Part shown: piece after piece, positions 18,422-28,014 of the stretch | Layout of the letters: each line of letters starts with the position of its first letter | How positions within the stretch are numbered: the first letter of the stretch is position 1 | Source of the DNA: a virus | Direction: 5' to 3' (one strand) | DNA length: 64,000 bases | Virus record (IMG/VR): IMGVR_UViG_3300043811_000032 | Coordinates: 34,692 to 98,691 of that record | The notes under the pieces: generated by a model | What the model was told of the DNA's origin: nothing | Database searches by the model: none | What the model saw: the letters and a program-made list of their open reading frames with translations, nothing else | Program-made: the position numbers and the translations under genes

Positions 18422-21400
18422 TAGCCTTCTCCCATTACTTCGCGGTACAACCCCGCCATCCTTCGGGTAAGTCTCCACCGAGTCCTCAGATTGACTCCGT
18501 TCTTCAGCGGCTGATGCGGCTCGCAGGCACCGATCCGCTTGAGGAACTTGAGCAGCCCGCGTTCCTTGTCCTCTCCTTCGTGAGTTAGGTGGATGAGTGC
18601 AGCCACCTCCAGTCCCATGTCCCCCGCCGCTGCCAAATGCCGGATGATCTCGTACGTGCGGCCCCGAGCCGTATCCATCGCCACCCGTCGCACGCGGACC
18701 ATCACCTCGCCGTCAATGGCGGTGCGGTTGAGTACGATGGCGAGGCAGTACGCCAGCTTGCCGATCTGGGACGTGAGCCGAGCACTCATCTCTCGGCTTG
18801 TCTCCTCGTCCTGCTTCTTGCTAGGGCGGGCACGCAGGTACGCCACGAACTTGGCGTAGGCCATGCAGAGCCTTGCCGCCTCGTCGGTCATCGTGATGTG
18901 GGGTAGTAACCTACCCACGTTCTGCCGCAGCCACTCGACGTAGCCGCCGGTGATGCGCTTGGCGGCGATCATTTCCGGCGTGTCGGTGGTCTCGACCTTG
19001 CCATCCACCTCGTATAGGTTCATGCGCACCTGGTTGATCTTCCGCCAGCTGATCTCGTCCTCCAGCGAGTCGTCGATCACGTCCATGATGCGGCAGCACA
19101 GGAACCGCTCGCCCAGCTCACTGGTGTCCAGCGCACGCAGCGCCCCCGTACCGCAGAGTATCCAGGCGAAGCGGATACCCTCGTAGTCGCGGGACATCTT
19201 GTTGTTGAAAGCCGACCTACCCACCGTGTCGTACAGGTCGCGGGCCTGCCCCAGCACCTGATCGCGGTTAGGTAATGTCAACACCGTGTCGCCATCTTTG
19301 ACAACGAACGCCTTGTCGCGGAGCTTGTTCACCAATCCGAGGTCCTCCGTGCCCTCCTTGTCCGTCTGGTAGCCGCTGTAGAAGCCGCGGAACGTGCTCT
19401 GGGCCTTGACGTACTCGCGAGCCACGCTAATCGCCTCGCACAGGATACTCTTGCCGGTAGACGGAGGCGACACCGCCATGATCCAGATCTGGTCCCCCAC
19501 CACCTTCACCGAGGCGACCGCCGCCATGATGATGCTGAAGCCGTAGTCCAGCCCGTCCGTCCACTTCATCGCCTTGCGCCACGCCTGCACGCAGTCCCGC
19601 CAGTTGTCGCAGGGCTGGGTCGTGAGTAGGTCGCGGTGTGGCCCGGCCTCGCTCTTGACCAGCCACTCGGCAGGCACCGGCTCGATCCGGTCGTTGAGCC
19701 TCTCCTGTAGTTCGATGCGCTCCTCCGCCGTCGAGCCCTGCGTGAGCCAGTCCCGCACGTCGTAGCCGCTCGGCAGCTCGGGGTCGTAGCCGTCCGCGCC
19801 CCAGCGAATGTACCTGATCTCCTTGGGTGGTGCCTCCTGGCTCGCCAACAGCCGGGCGACGCGCTCCATGCCGTCTAGTCCGGCCTTGGTGACTCGTCCC
19901 TGATGCTCGCGAGGATGGTCGTTGTCGAACAGTAGTACCACCGTCTTGCCTGCCAGCAGCGAGGCCCAGCTCGGGTTGAACACGCTACAGCCCGGCACCG
20001 CCAGCACGTTCGCCCGCTGGCCGAGTCCCGCACTGCGAGCCGCCTGTAGCGTCTCCCACCACGCCATCCCGTCCCACGGCCCTTCACAATTTCCAGACAC
20101 CACCGCCTTGCCGTTCCGGCGGACCACCACAAACCCAGTGGAGACAGTCACGCAGTAGACCTTACCTTTGTAGTGCTCTCTAGTCGGTTTATTGACAATC
20201 ACTCTCCAAGGTTTCTTGATCATACAGAGGACGTACTGGTCGTTGCAGTTCTCCTCCTCGGACGGTATGCGGTTGGTACCGCTGGAATAGCCGGAGATCA
20301 CAGCCATCCTTGAGATGACGTCTGCGTTGGCAGCGTTGGAGGTAAAATACCGGATACAGTTCTGGCCCTTGTCGCCGTCCCAATGAGGAATCTCCTCAAT
20401 GATAGTCTGGCGGGTCTTGAGCGGCCAAGCTAGCTCCTTGCCTGTCCATATCTTCTTAGGGCAGCATTCCAATAAGAATTGAGCCTCCGGCTGTCGCTTG
20501 TCTATGAGGATAGACTCAGACTCGTCCACGCTCCCCCAGTGGTGAGTCTTGAACTTTATGCCAAGTTCGTTGAGCAGGCTCTTTAGCCGCTCTTTCTTGC
20601 GATCCTTGTAGAAGCTGAACTCGATCTGGAATCCGCCTCGGATACAACCGTCGGCTACGAAAGCCGTCAACAACTTGGCTTGCGTTTCTGATGGACCTGC
20701 TTCTTCCCCCACCATAGTACCGCTGACTGGCAACTGGAAGCCGGCACCAACGTCTTGGGCCTTTCTGACTTGGCTCTTGGTAGCCTGCTGCCTTTTGCAC
20801 AGCATCCTGTGGTCTGGCGTAACCAACAGGTCACACCAGCGGCTGGCGAAGTTGACCATCTCTCCGTGGAAATCTAGGACCTGCTTGGCTCTAGGCCGCT
20901 CGAACCTTATGCTCTCGTTCTCTGGTTTGTAGGAGGCCACTCTGTCCTCCTCTCCCAATTCCTTGAACAACATCCATCCACGGTTAGTAAGGATCTCTGT
21001 GTCGTCCGAGTAGCAGACGTAACACATCTCCTTGCTCGCGTCGAACAGCGGCACGCCATGAAGCCCGTGTCCAACGTGCTCTCCGCCTGATAGAGTCGTA
21101 GGAAGCAACTTCATTCTCTTACTTGTATAGTCTCGCACGTAGCGGTACAGCTGGACGAGGTTGCCCTCGCGGTTGTACCCCGGCAGCGCGTAGTCAAGAG
21201 TGAGCGGATGCCGAATAGCTCCCCACTTGACGAGCGTGTCGACACTGAGCAGCTTGCGATCCTCGGCCAGCTCCTCCAGATCCGTCGGCGGTTGTGCCGC
21301 AGCCCACAGCTCGCGTAGGAACGTAACCTGGTTACCAGCACGTCCGCAGACCTTACAGTCCCAGAGCCCGCTCGCTGTTGCCACTCGCCATTTGAGCTTA

Positions 21401-21510
21401 CCGCAGAACGGACACTCTGCCTCCGACTGGTCCTGCCCCTCCCACGACAGGTCCATCCCGTGTTGGACGTATGCTTTCAATACCGCAGGAACGGTCTTGA
21501 CGACAGGCAT
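18421..21510 (-). CDS. Primase-helicase (Zn finger + TOPRIM + P-loop) containing an intein
   Basis: CPFC..CKVC, CEGPWDG, LLFDND, SPPSTGKS. Confidence 0.85.
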   Translation of the reverse strand: MPVVKTVPAVLKAYVQHGMDLSWEGQDQSEAECPFCGKLKWRVATASGLWDCKVCGRAGNQVTFLRELWAAAQPPTDLEELAEDRKLLSVDTLVKWGAIRHPLTLDYALPGYNREGNLVQLYRYVRDYTSKRMKLLPTTLSGGEHVGHGLHGVPLFDASKEMCYVCYSDDTEILTNRGWMLFKELGEEDRVASYKPENESIRFERPRAKQVLDFHGEMVNFASRWCDLLVTPDHRMLCKRQQATKSQVRKAQDVGAGFQLPVSGTMVGEEAGPSETQAKLLTAFVADGCIRGGFQIEFSFYKDRKKERLKSLLNELGIKFKTHHWGSVDESESILIDKRQPEAQFLLECCPKKIWTGKELAWPLKTRQTIIEEIPHWDGDKGQNCIRYFTSNAANADVISRMAVISGYSSGTNRIPSEEENCNDQYVLCMIKKPWRVIVNKPTREHYKGKVYCVTVSTGFVVVRRNGKAVVSGNCEGPWDGMAWWETLQAARSAGLGQRANVLAVPGCSVFNPSWASLLAGKTVVLLFDNDHPREHQGRVTKAGLDGMERVARLLASQEAPPKEIRYIRWGADGYDPELPSGYDVRDWLTQGSTAEERIELQERLNDRIEPVPAEWLVKSEAGPHRDLLTTQPCDNWRDCVQAWRKAMKWTDGLDYGFSIIMAAVASVKVVGDQIWIMAVSPPSTGKSILCEAISVAREYVKAQSTFRGFYSGYQTDKEGTEDLGLVNKLRDKAFVVKDGDTVLTLPNRDQVLGQARDLYDTVGRSAFNNKMSRDYEGIRFAWILCGTGALRALDTSELGERFLCCRIMDVIDDSLEDEISWRKINQVRMNLYEVDGKVETTDTPEMIAAKRITGGYVEWLRQNVGRLLPHITMTDEAARLCMAYAKFVAYLRARPSKKQDEETSREMSARLTSQIGKLAYCLAIVLNRTAIDGEVMVRVRRVAMDTARGRTYEIIRHLAAAGDMGLEVAALIHLTHEGEDKERGLLKFLKRIGACEPHQPLKNGVNLRTRWRLTRRMAGLYREVMGEG
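20089..21015 (-). mobile_element. Intein with LAGLIDADG-like endonuclease (309 aa) in the primase
   Basis: YV|CYSDDTEILT...VTPDHRM...AFVADG...HWDGD...VYCVTV...VSGN|CEG. Confidence 0.9.
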
Positions 21511-22058
21511 CAATAGCTCCTTACTTCCCACACGATCATCCGACGTTGGAGTACGCCACAGTGCACGCGATAGTGCGAGAACTCGACCACGTGGTCCTCG
21601 TAGGTATCCAGCAGCTCCATCAGCCAGTCGTAGTCGCCGGGGTCGAGCGTTGTCCGCAGTAACGAGGTAGCAATTATACCGTAAACCTCGGCCGAGCGGG
21701 TGGCTAAAGCGGGCCGCATCGGCATCGGCAACGTGCTGTAGAGCAAATAGAGCCCGCGATTGCTCTGCATCACCTCCCCTTGCAGCACCGTCGTCGCCGT
21801 GGGCGCCATCTCGCTGCAGTACCAGTCCTGCGGATCACTCATCCGTAGCCACAGTCCTCGCACCGCGGAGTAGCTCTGGTCATAGTACGTCGCCCCAGCC
21901 GCCACCCGATTGCGCAGGTGGTAGCTGCCCATCTGGTTAGCCCCACTCTCAAACGCAACGCGGTCGTGCCACGTGTTGGTGCGGTTGCCGAACTCCAGCG
22001 CTTGGTATCGCTGGGTGAAGTCCGTTTTACTTAGCACCGGCGGTCTGCTTGGCCACAT
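21510..22058 (-). CDS. Hypothetical protein in the DNA-modification module
   Basis: Between TS and primase; no motif recognised. Confidence 0.65.
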   Translation of the reverse strand: MWPSRPPVLSKTDFTQRYQALEFGNRTNTWHDRVAFESGANQMGSYHLRNRVAAGATYYDQSYSAVRGLWLRMSDPQDWYCSEMAPTATTVLQGEVMQSNRGLYLLYSTLPMPMRPALATRSAEVYGIIATSLLRTTLDPGDYDWLMELLDTYEDHVVEFSHYRVHCGVLQRRMIVWEVRSY

Positions 22059-23130
22059 AGTTCGCCTCCCGTCTACAGAGCCACTCTACCGCCGCCAGAC
22101 GCCAGTCATCTCCCCAACACATCTGCGCCGCCTTGAGTGCGTGGGTGTAGTTCCTGCTCTTGCGGTGATGGAACGCCATCATCAGCGGCTGGGCGACGTT
22201 CCGCAGGAAGCTGCAGTGGTACGAGCCTGCCAGTGCGTCCTTGCTGTGCCGCTCGACAAATTCACTACACTCCTTGTCGAAGATTTCCAGCTCGTTGGGC
22301 GAGAGCAGCGGCCACTTGAGGTCGCGGTCGGTGTAGAAGTCGTCGTGCTTGGTGTCGGCGAGCCAGACCTCCGGTTTCCAATTGCTTTCGTACACGTGGC
22401 CATTCGTCGTGATCTGGTGGTACTGCCCTACGGCGACGCCGAGGTGCGCGGCGACGTATTCAAGCAAGACGCTGAAGTGTACCGCATTCGCTCCCAGCAG
22501 CCCCCAAATCAAATCGTTAGAGCGATTGAACACCGTAAGGTTCAGCTGCCGCGGCTCGCCGTGCGTCCAACCCCCCGACATCTGGAACGTCGCGGCGAGG
22601 TTGCAGCAGACATCGCGGCTACGGTCGATAGCCAATAGGTCCTGATCCACCGTCCACATCTGGAGCACTGCCCGCCGGCTCTCCGGCTTCTCCTTCAAGT
22701 GTCGTATGATCTGGGCTATCTGGTCCCAAGGCTCTAGGGCGTACCTATCGCCGGCGCTGTCGATCTGGTCATCGGTCAAGGCGTAGCTCTTGCTGTGCCG
22801 CCATCGCTTTCCGTAGCCGCCATTGAACGTCTCGCCGTCGTCCGTGTACTCCTTGAACTGCTTAGCGTAGTAGACGAGCGGGCTTACATCGTTCCGCCCC
22901 GCCAACATGTATAACGCTTCGTAGAGCATCATGAATGGATTCGCGTCCCGAGCCCCATTCATCAAGACTCTTTCACATGGCCGCTCGTACGTCACCGTCA
23001 ACGGCTCCTCGATGACCAACACCGACCCGTTGCGGCTAGGGCTGGGTGTAGTTGGAATCGATCCGTCGTGTATGCCCTGCACTATCGTCCTGAAGGCGGT
23101 TCCGACGTTGCGTGTCTTGATCTGTGGCAC
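22027..23130 (-). CDS. Thymidylate synthase homolog, probable dUMP hydroxymethylase
   Basis: RDANPF, SRRAVLQMW, DVCCN, NRSNDLIWGLLGANAVHFS (Asn indicates dUMP specificity), HVY. Confidence 0.85.
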   Translation of the reverse strand: MPQIKTRNVGTAFRTIVQGIHDGSIPTTPSPSRNGSVLVIEEPLTVTYERPCERVLMNGARDANPFMMLYEALYMLAGRNDVSPLVYYAKQFKEYTDDGETFNGGYGKRWRHSKSYALTDDQIDSAGDRYALEPWDQIAQIIRHLKEKPESRRAVLQMWTVDQDLLAIDRSRDVCCNLAATFQMSGGWTHGEPRQLNLTVFNRSNDLIWGLLGANAVHFSVLLEYVAAHLGVAVGQYHQITTNGHVYESNWKPEVWLADTKHDDFYTDRDLKWPLLSPNELEIFDKECSEFVERHSKDALAGSYHCSFLRNVAQPLMMAFHHRKSRNYTHALKAAQMCWGDDWRLAAVEWLCRREANYVAKQTAGAK

Positions 23131-23701
23131 GGTGCTCTCCTTTGTAAAGTTGCTCGAACGCGGCCAAGAACTCTACCTCGCTCTTCTGCCACGTCCACGG
23201 TATCCAATACTTGACGCTGGCGATCTCCTCTGCCGTCAGCGGCGGGTAGTTCCGCTCCTGGTCTGGCTGCATCAGGGCGACGGTGCAGCCCGGTAGTAAC
23301 TTGCTCATCTCGTAGCGGACCAGCACCCGGTCGGCGCGTTCCACTACCTCCGCCGTCTCCTCCGCGCAACCATACTTGCGGTAGATCGTCCTCTGCAGCC
23401 GGTCCTCCGCCGCTCGGTAGCCAGCCATCTCGGGCGTCTTCTTCAGCCACTTCGTCACATCCCCGAGATAGGTCTCACTGGCGTCGTGGAGCAGAGCTTG
23501 GAGCGCGTGGGGCGTGTCCCAGCAGATCCGAGCCGCGTAGACGCTGTGCTGGGCGACGCTGAGCGGCACCTTGGTTGCGCCTGCGAAGCGGTTGCATAGG
23601 GCAAGATGGTGGGCGATGTCCTCGATGACGATGTCCGCCGGCTGGACGTCGAGGGGGTTGATCTTGCGGCCGGTGAACGAGTACATAAAGGGCTGAGTCA
23701 T
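23036..23701 (-). CDS. HD-domain 5'-deoxynucleotidase (YfbR/YfdR-like)
   Basis: IEDIAHHLA..NRFAG, SVAQHS, LLHDASETYLGD. Confidence 0.85.
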   Translation of the reverse strand: MTQPFMYSFTGRKINPLDVQPADIVIEDIAHHLALCNRFAGATKVPLSVAQHSVYAARICWDTPHALQALLHDASETYLGDVTKWLKKTPEMAGYRAAEDRLQRTIYRKYGCAEETAEVVERADRVLVRYEMSKLLPGCTVALMQPDQERNYPPLTAEEIASVKYWIPWTWQKSEVEFLAAFEQLYKGEHRATDQDTQRRNRLQDDSAGHTRRIDSNYTQP

Positions 23702-23759
23702 CCTGAACTCCTTATGGATCAACGGGATCGGAAAACTTGGTTCAATCTAGATATTTCGC

Positions 23760-23788
23760 CTTGCTTCAGGCTACAGTCGGCGTATACT
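23760..23788 (+). promoter_or_regulatory. Putative sigma70-type promoter
   Basis: TTGCTT-N16-TATACT upstream of the 23843 gene. Confidence 0.45.
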
Positions 23789-23842
23789 TTACCAAGGCGA
23801 CAGGGGGCACACCGCCACCCGGCCACCATCTGGAGAACCGCA

Positions 23843-24253
23843 ATGACCGCTACCATGACCGAAGCCCCCGTCAGCACCAATGGCCACACCAGCAGCACCA
23901 AGCCGGTTGCCAAGAAGACTCGCAAGGCCAAGCCTGCCGCCACCAAGACCGAGGCCCAGTACGGCATCGACCGCAGCCACGACCTGCCGTGGCACGACAA
24001 GAAGGTTGCCATCTTCAAGGCACTGAAGGCGCTGGGTGCCACCAAGAGCGGTGACGCCGTGTCGGCCGTGCAGGTTGCTGCCAAGGCCAAGGTGACCGCC
24101 CGCGACGTCCGCCACTACTGCTACCACGCCAAGGCGGCTGGGCTGGTTGACTTGGCCACCATCGAGGACGTTCGCGGCCACGCCTTCTACCTGACCGCCA
24201 AGGGCCGCAACATCGACCCCGTGCAGGCACAGAAGGCTGAACAGGCCGAGTAA
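23843..24253 (+). CDS. Basic winged-helix DNA-binding protein
   Basis: GGAG RBS; Lys/Ala-rich N-terminus; SAVQVAAKAKVTARDVRHY...GLV...FYLTAKG. Confidence 0.65.
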   Translation: MTATMTEAPVSTNGHTSSTKPVAKKTRKAKPAATKTEAQYGIDRSHDLPWHDKKVAIFKALKALGATKSGDAVSAVQVAAKAKVTARDVRHYCYHAKAAGLVDLATIEDVRGHAFYLTAKGRNIDPVQAQKAEQAE

Positions 24254-24280
24254 CGCTGCCACCATTACCAACCCCCTTAC

Positions 24281-24315
24281 AGGCCCGTACAATGGTGTGC
24301 GGGCCTTTATTGTTG
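24281..24315 (+). terminator. Intrinsic terminator overlapping a TTACCA-N17-TACAAT promoter
   Basis: aggcccgtac/gtgcgggcct stem followed by TTATTGTT. Confidence 0.55.
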
Positions 24316-24324
24316 GAGCCACTT

Positions 24325-24558
24325 ATGGAACTCAACCGCGCTCAGCTCTGCCTGCTCCGCAGTATCAAGTCCACCGGCTTCCCTGCCGAGTTACTGCAGA
24401 TCTTCCTCGGTCGCTGCGGTGCCACCGTTGCCGAGTGGCAAGCCCTGCTGGATGCCGACTTGGTTACTGCCGGCAAACGTGCCGAACGTGGTCGCTACGT
24501 GATTACCAAGGCTGGCACCACCGCTTACAACCACCGCCCGAAGCACATCTACTTCTAG
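24325..24558 (+). CDS. Small winged-helix-like protein
   Basis: GGAG RBS; LLDADLV...RYVITKAG. Confidence 0.5.
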   Translation: MELNRAQLCLLRSIKSTGFPAELLQIFLGRCGATVAEWQALLDADLVTAGKRAERGRYVITKAGTTAYNHRPKHIYF

Positions 24559-25520
24559 CCCATCTCCCACGGCTGCAGTACCGGCAAAGTATAACAACCT
24601 TTGCCGAGTGCTGTGGCTATCGCCCGCTCATCCTCTGCTGTTGGCAGCGGCAGGCTCTTCTTACCCTTCTTGTCCGGTAGCAGCCCCGGTCGATAGCTCA
24701 GTGCATCGCAGCCGGCACACGGACCGAAGTCACGCAGCCCGTGGTACAGCTTGCGCCGTGCCGCTCGCATTGCCGGCCCCTGCCAGATCTGCTCTAGTGT
24801 CTGTTGCACCACGTTGCCACACTGGTACTCACCGCGCCAGTCGTTGCAGCATACTGCCACGCTACCATCCCAGCGTATGCTCAGCTCCCTGAACGGTTTG
24901 GCACACCGCTTGCCCATCGCGTTGTCGTTCTTGGGGCTGCCGCAGCCCGCGTGGTTGTTCAGACTGGCGTGGGTGCCCTTGGTCGCCTCGGCGATGTCCT
25001 GCACGATGACCAGGTCGTGCTCGTCTGGCTTGCGGCGCCGGTGCGGGTTGCCCGACTTGTCTGCTGGGTACATCGTCGGCTCGTGCTTGCCGCTGTACCG
25101 CTGCAGGATCTTGGGCACGATTTGCACCCCTTCGTAGGCATCCAAGGCCAGCACGTTCAGGCTCTGCAGGGCAGTGTCGATTGTCTCCGTCGGTGTCCTC
25201 AGGAACCCCGCCCCGTTGCTGGTCATCATCAGGTGAGCACGCTTGGGCAGTCGTCGCCGGAACGTGCCAAGTATCTCCAGCATCTGTGGGTTAGCACTAG
25301 GCTCACCGTGCATAGCAAACTCGATGCGTGGCAGCCAATTGTCCTGCTTGAGCAAGTACACAATCCGCTCCGCTAGCAACACAGTCATGAACTTGTAGTC
25401 GTTGTCCTTACCGCGGATGCCGTTTAACCCACAGAACTGACAGCGTAGCTGACACCCTTCAGTGAGTTCTACTTGTAGGGCGAACGGCGGTTCCTGTCGC
25501 TCAGGATTGTGAAGAGGCAT
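24555..25520 (-). CDS. Radical SAM protein with SPASM/twitch domain
   Basis: CQLRCQFC, HGEP, TSNG, CAKPF...WDGSVAVCCND...PCAGCD. Confidence 0.9.
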   Translation of the reverse strand: MPLHNPERQEPPFALQVELTEGCQLRCQFCGLNGIRGKDNDYKFMTVLLAERIVYLLKQDNWLPRIEFAMHGEPSANPQMLEILGTFRRRLPKRAHLMMTSNGAGFLRTPTETIDTALQSLNVLALDAYEGVQIVPKILQRYSGKHEPTMYPADKSGNPHRRRKPDEHDLVIVQDIAEATKGTHASLNNHAGCGSPKNDNAMGKRCAKPFRELSIRWDGSVAVCCNDWRGEYQCGNVVQQTLEQIWQGPAMRAARRKLYHGLRDFGPCAGCDALSYRPGLLPDKKGKKSLPLPTAEDERAIATALGKGCYTLPVLQPWEMG

Positions 25521-26292
25521 ATGCTTTGCTCCAGTAGACAACCACGTCGGTACGCTCCTCCATCCCCTGCCAGTTCTTCGTCTGCTTCTTGACCACCTTG
25601 ACGAACCCGGGATGTAGCTCGGCCAGCCGCTCGGCTGCTTGGCTCTGCATCGCTGTTGTCCGGTACTGACTGCATCCGCCTGGCAGATTGCTGCCGCCTT
25701 GGTTCCAGCACCATCGGTAGATCATCGCGTTGGGCAAGCCCTTGCGCAGCATCTGCAGGGTCAGATCGAAGTCCTCCATAACCGGCAACCGCCCTGCCTC
25801 CACACCGGCTTGCCGCACCTGCTCCAAGTCATACATGTAGGTATTGAACATGCGACGACACTCGGCCACGTCTTCGGTCTCTCGGTTGTTCCCCTGCCGT
25901 GCCGACAGTCCCACATGAGCGTACTTGTCTAGCAACAATCGCCAGTACTCAAACAGCTCGGTGATCATCTTGCTCTGCGGTTCCAGACTTACCAGCTTGG
26001 GAGACGCCATATCCGGTCGGTACGCGAACGTCATGTCGTCGTCGATCATCGCTAGGTAGCGAGTCTGACACGTCTCCATCAAGTACTTCCTAGTGCCGCT
26101 GATGCCCTTGACGGTGCTTGGGACATACCACAACGGTGCCAGCGCTCCCCATGACCTGTACGACGGCGTCTCGTTGTTGGGAATAGCCAGCTTGGTGACC
26201 CTGAGCAGCTCATTGGGCAACTGCTCCAAGGTTGTCTGCTTGGACGATCTGCCCGAGCTGGGGATCACAATGGTAACGTCTTCAAGCCCCAT
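25501..26292 (-). CDS. TET-associated (TAGT/GREB1/base-J glucosyltransferase-like) DNA glycosyltransferase
   Basis: IVIPSSGR, MIDDD, EDFDLTLQML, GGCSQYRT, LAELHPGFV. Confidence 0.8.
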   Translation of the reverse strand: MGLEDVTIVIPSSGRSSKQTTLEQLPNELLRVTKLAIPNNETPSYRSWGALAPLWYVPSTVKGISGTRKYLMETCQTRYLAMIDDDMTFAYRPDMASPKLVSLEPQSKMITELFEYWRLLLDKYAHVGLSARQGNNRETEDVAECRRMFNTYMYDLEQVRQAGVEAGRLPVMEDFDLTLQMLRKGLPNAMIYRWCWNQGGSNLPGGCSQYRTTAMQSQAAERLAELHPGFVKVVKKQTKNWQGMEERTDVVVYWSKAYASSQS

Positions 26293-27145
26293 TGTACTTC
26301 CTCTTCAGGTGCCCATCCCTACTTAGTGCCCGCTCCATCTTATCGTACTCACATAATGAATGTTCAACCTCGCGGGCCTCGAACGGCGGCATCTTGGGCA
26401 GTTGCTTGGTCAACACGCGCAGCAACCGCTGGCTCTCCTCTTGCCACAGATCACGGGACACCGGTTCATTCAGCCCACGCCCTAGCAATCGGTTCAGCCC
26501 ACGCTTGGCACCTGGCCCTGGATTGGACCACGTCAGCTTGTCTGTGGCGTGCTCCAGCAGTGTCGTGTACCGCAGGTCGCACACCACTTCGTACGCCATG
26601 AAGCCGCTGCCGCCCAGCCCTAGATACTGTTTGAGTCGGCTGTGTGCCTGCTGCATCGTCCGCCACTTGGCAGCATCCGCCAGCAGGCTTGGCAGGTCAT
26701 CCCACACTGGCTGGATGTAGTCGTCACACACACGGTCGATCTTGGGCTTGGTGCTGCCGCTGTTGCTGATGTTGAACGCCCCCGTGAACACACGGTCCAA
26801 CTTGCGCAGGTGTTGCTTGGCGTAGCCGAGCCGCCAATTGGTCAGCAGATCGTGCTCCAGCAGCAGCTCGCCGGTCGGTATCCAGTTAAACCACCGGAAG
26901 CACACGGTAGCGAACAGCACCGCAGGGTCGTCCCGCATCGGCTCACGCACATGCTCTCTGAACCATGCCGTCACCTTGTCGTTCTCGCGGTATGGATTGG
27001 TGAAGAATGTCAAACGCAACACGGCATCATCTGTCCACGGCTTGGGCTTGCCGGCTCGCCGCTTAAGATAGATCTGGTGGCGTTCACGCACCCAGTAGAT
27101 GAACCGGTCGAGCGGGCTCAGCTTGATTACTTCTGACGTTATCAT
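26282..27145 (-). CDS. 5-hmdU DNA kinase family (aGPT-Pplase1) protein, copy 1
   Basis: ERHQIY..R..G...PWTDD..L....FTNPYREND; FRWFN; FMAYEVVCDL; GPGA.RGL; EHSLCEYDK. Confidence 0.8.
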   Translation of the reverse strand: MITSEVIKLSPLDRFIYWVRERHQIYLKRRAGKPKPWTDDAVLRLTFFTNPYRENDKVTAWFREHVREPMRDDPAVLFATVCFRWFNWIPTGELLLEHDLLTNWRLGYAKQHLRKLDRVFTGAFNISNSGSTKPKIDRVCDDYIQPVWDDLPSLLADAAKWRTMQQAHSRLKQYLGLGGSGFMAYEVVCDLRYTTLLEHATDKLTWSNPGPGAKRGLNRLLGRGLNEPVSRDLWQEESQRLLRVLTKQLPKMPPFEAREVEHSLCEYDKMERALSRDGHLKRKYNGA

Positions 27146-28014
27146 CTTTTGCCGCCATACTTCTTAGTAGTGCCTTGCTCCAAGCTGGCTCGTTCGTATT
27201 TGTCGAACTCACAGAGGCTGTGTTCTATGTCTCGCATCTCAAACCGCATCCGTAGCCGTTTGGTAGCTACACTGAGCAGACCCTCTATCTTGTCCAATGC
27301 ATTTGGAACGTCGTCTTGCTTTGCGTACATCCAACCGACCTTTCCAGTGCGATGGTCTACGCCTGCCACTACCGGCATACCAAGCACTCTGCGCAGCCCG
27401 CGAAGACATCCTGGTCCTACGTTGCACCATGTCATGGTGTCGTGTGCCTTATCTAGCAACGACGTGTGTCTGAGGTCACTCACAACTTCATAAGCCATGA
27501 AGTCCCCCAAGTATTTCTGCTGTCGTAGCTCCTTCCAAGCTCCTTGCAGGCTGTTAGATCTCAGAGTGACTGTCTTGAGCCATTCAATAGCTGTACATAC
27601 GCCCTCTATCTTAGACATCCCTGTCGGTGCTGCTATGACGAAGGCGCCAGTAAATACCGGACCATTTACAGTAGACAGCACGTGGATGGCCTTATTCTTG
27701 TCCCACGCATGTAGCAGCCCATTATCAAGTAGTATCTGTCCAGTGTCGATACGGTTGAACCAACGGAAAACTATAGTTCCTAAGAGCACCCGCACATCAC
27801 TCCTCATCGGCTCCCTGAACTGCGTTCTGAACCATGCTGTGGTTTTATCGTTCTCCCTATACGGGTTGGTAAACCAGAACTTTTGCATGACCGTATCGTC
27901 AGTCCAAGGTGGTAGCTTGCCTACCTTGCGCCTGCGGTATATCTGGTCTCTCTCTCTAATCCAGTAGAGAAACCTATCAACAGGGGATAGATTTCGCACG
28001 TCCTCGATCAGCAC
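27142..28014 (-). CDS. 5-hmdU DNA kinase family (aGPT-Pplase1) protein, copy 2
   Basis: Same motif set: PWTDD, FTNPYRENDK, FMAYEVVSDL, EHSLCEFDK. Confidence 0.8.
   Translation of the reverse strand: MLIEDVRNLSPVDRFLYWIRERDQIYRRRKVGKLPPWTDDTVMQKFWFTNPYRENDKTTAWFRTQFREPMRSDVRVLLGTIVFRWFNRIDTGQILLDNGLLHAWDKNKAIHVLSTVNGPVFTGAFVIAAPTGMSKIEGVCTAIEWLKTVTLRSNSLQGAWKELRQQKYLGDFMAYEVVSDLRHTSLLDKAHDTMTWCNVGPGCLRGLRRVLGMPVVAGVDHRTGKVGWMYAKQDDVPNALDKIEGLLSVATKRLRMRFEMRDIEHSLCEFDKYERASLEQGTTKKYGGKR

Noticed and set aside
23036-23701. DatZ / Z-genome (2-aminoadenine) system
   Set aside because: No PurZ in the window; neighbours indicate hmU chemistry
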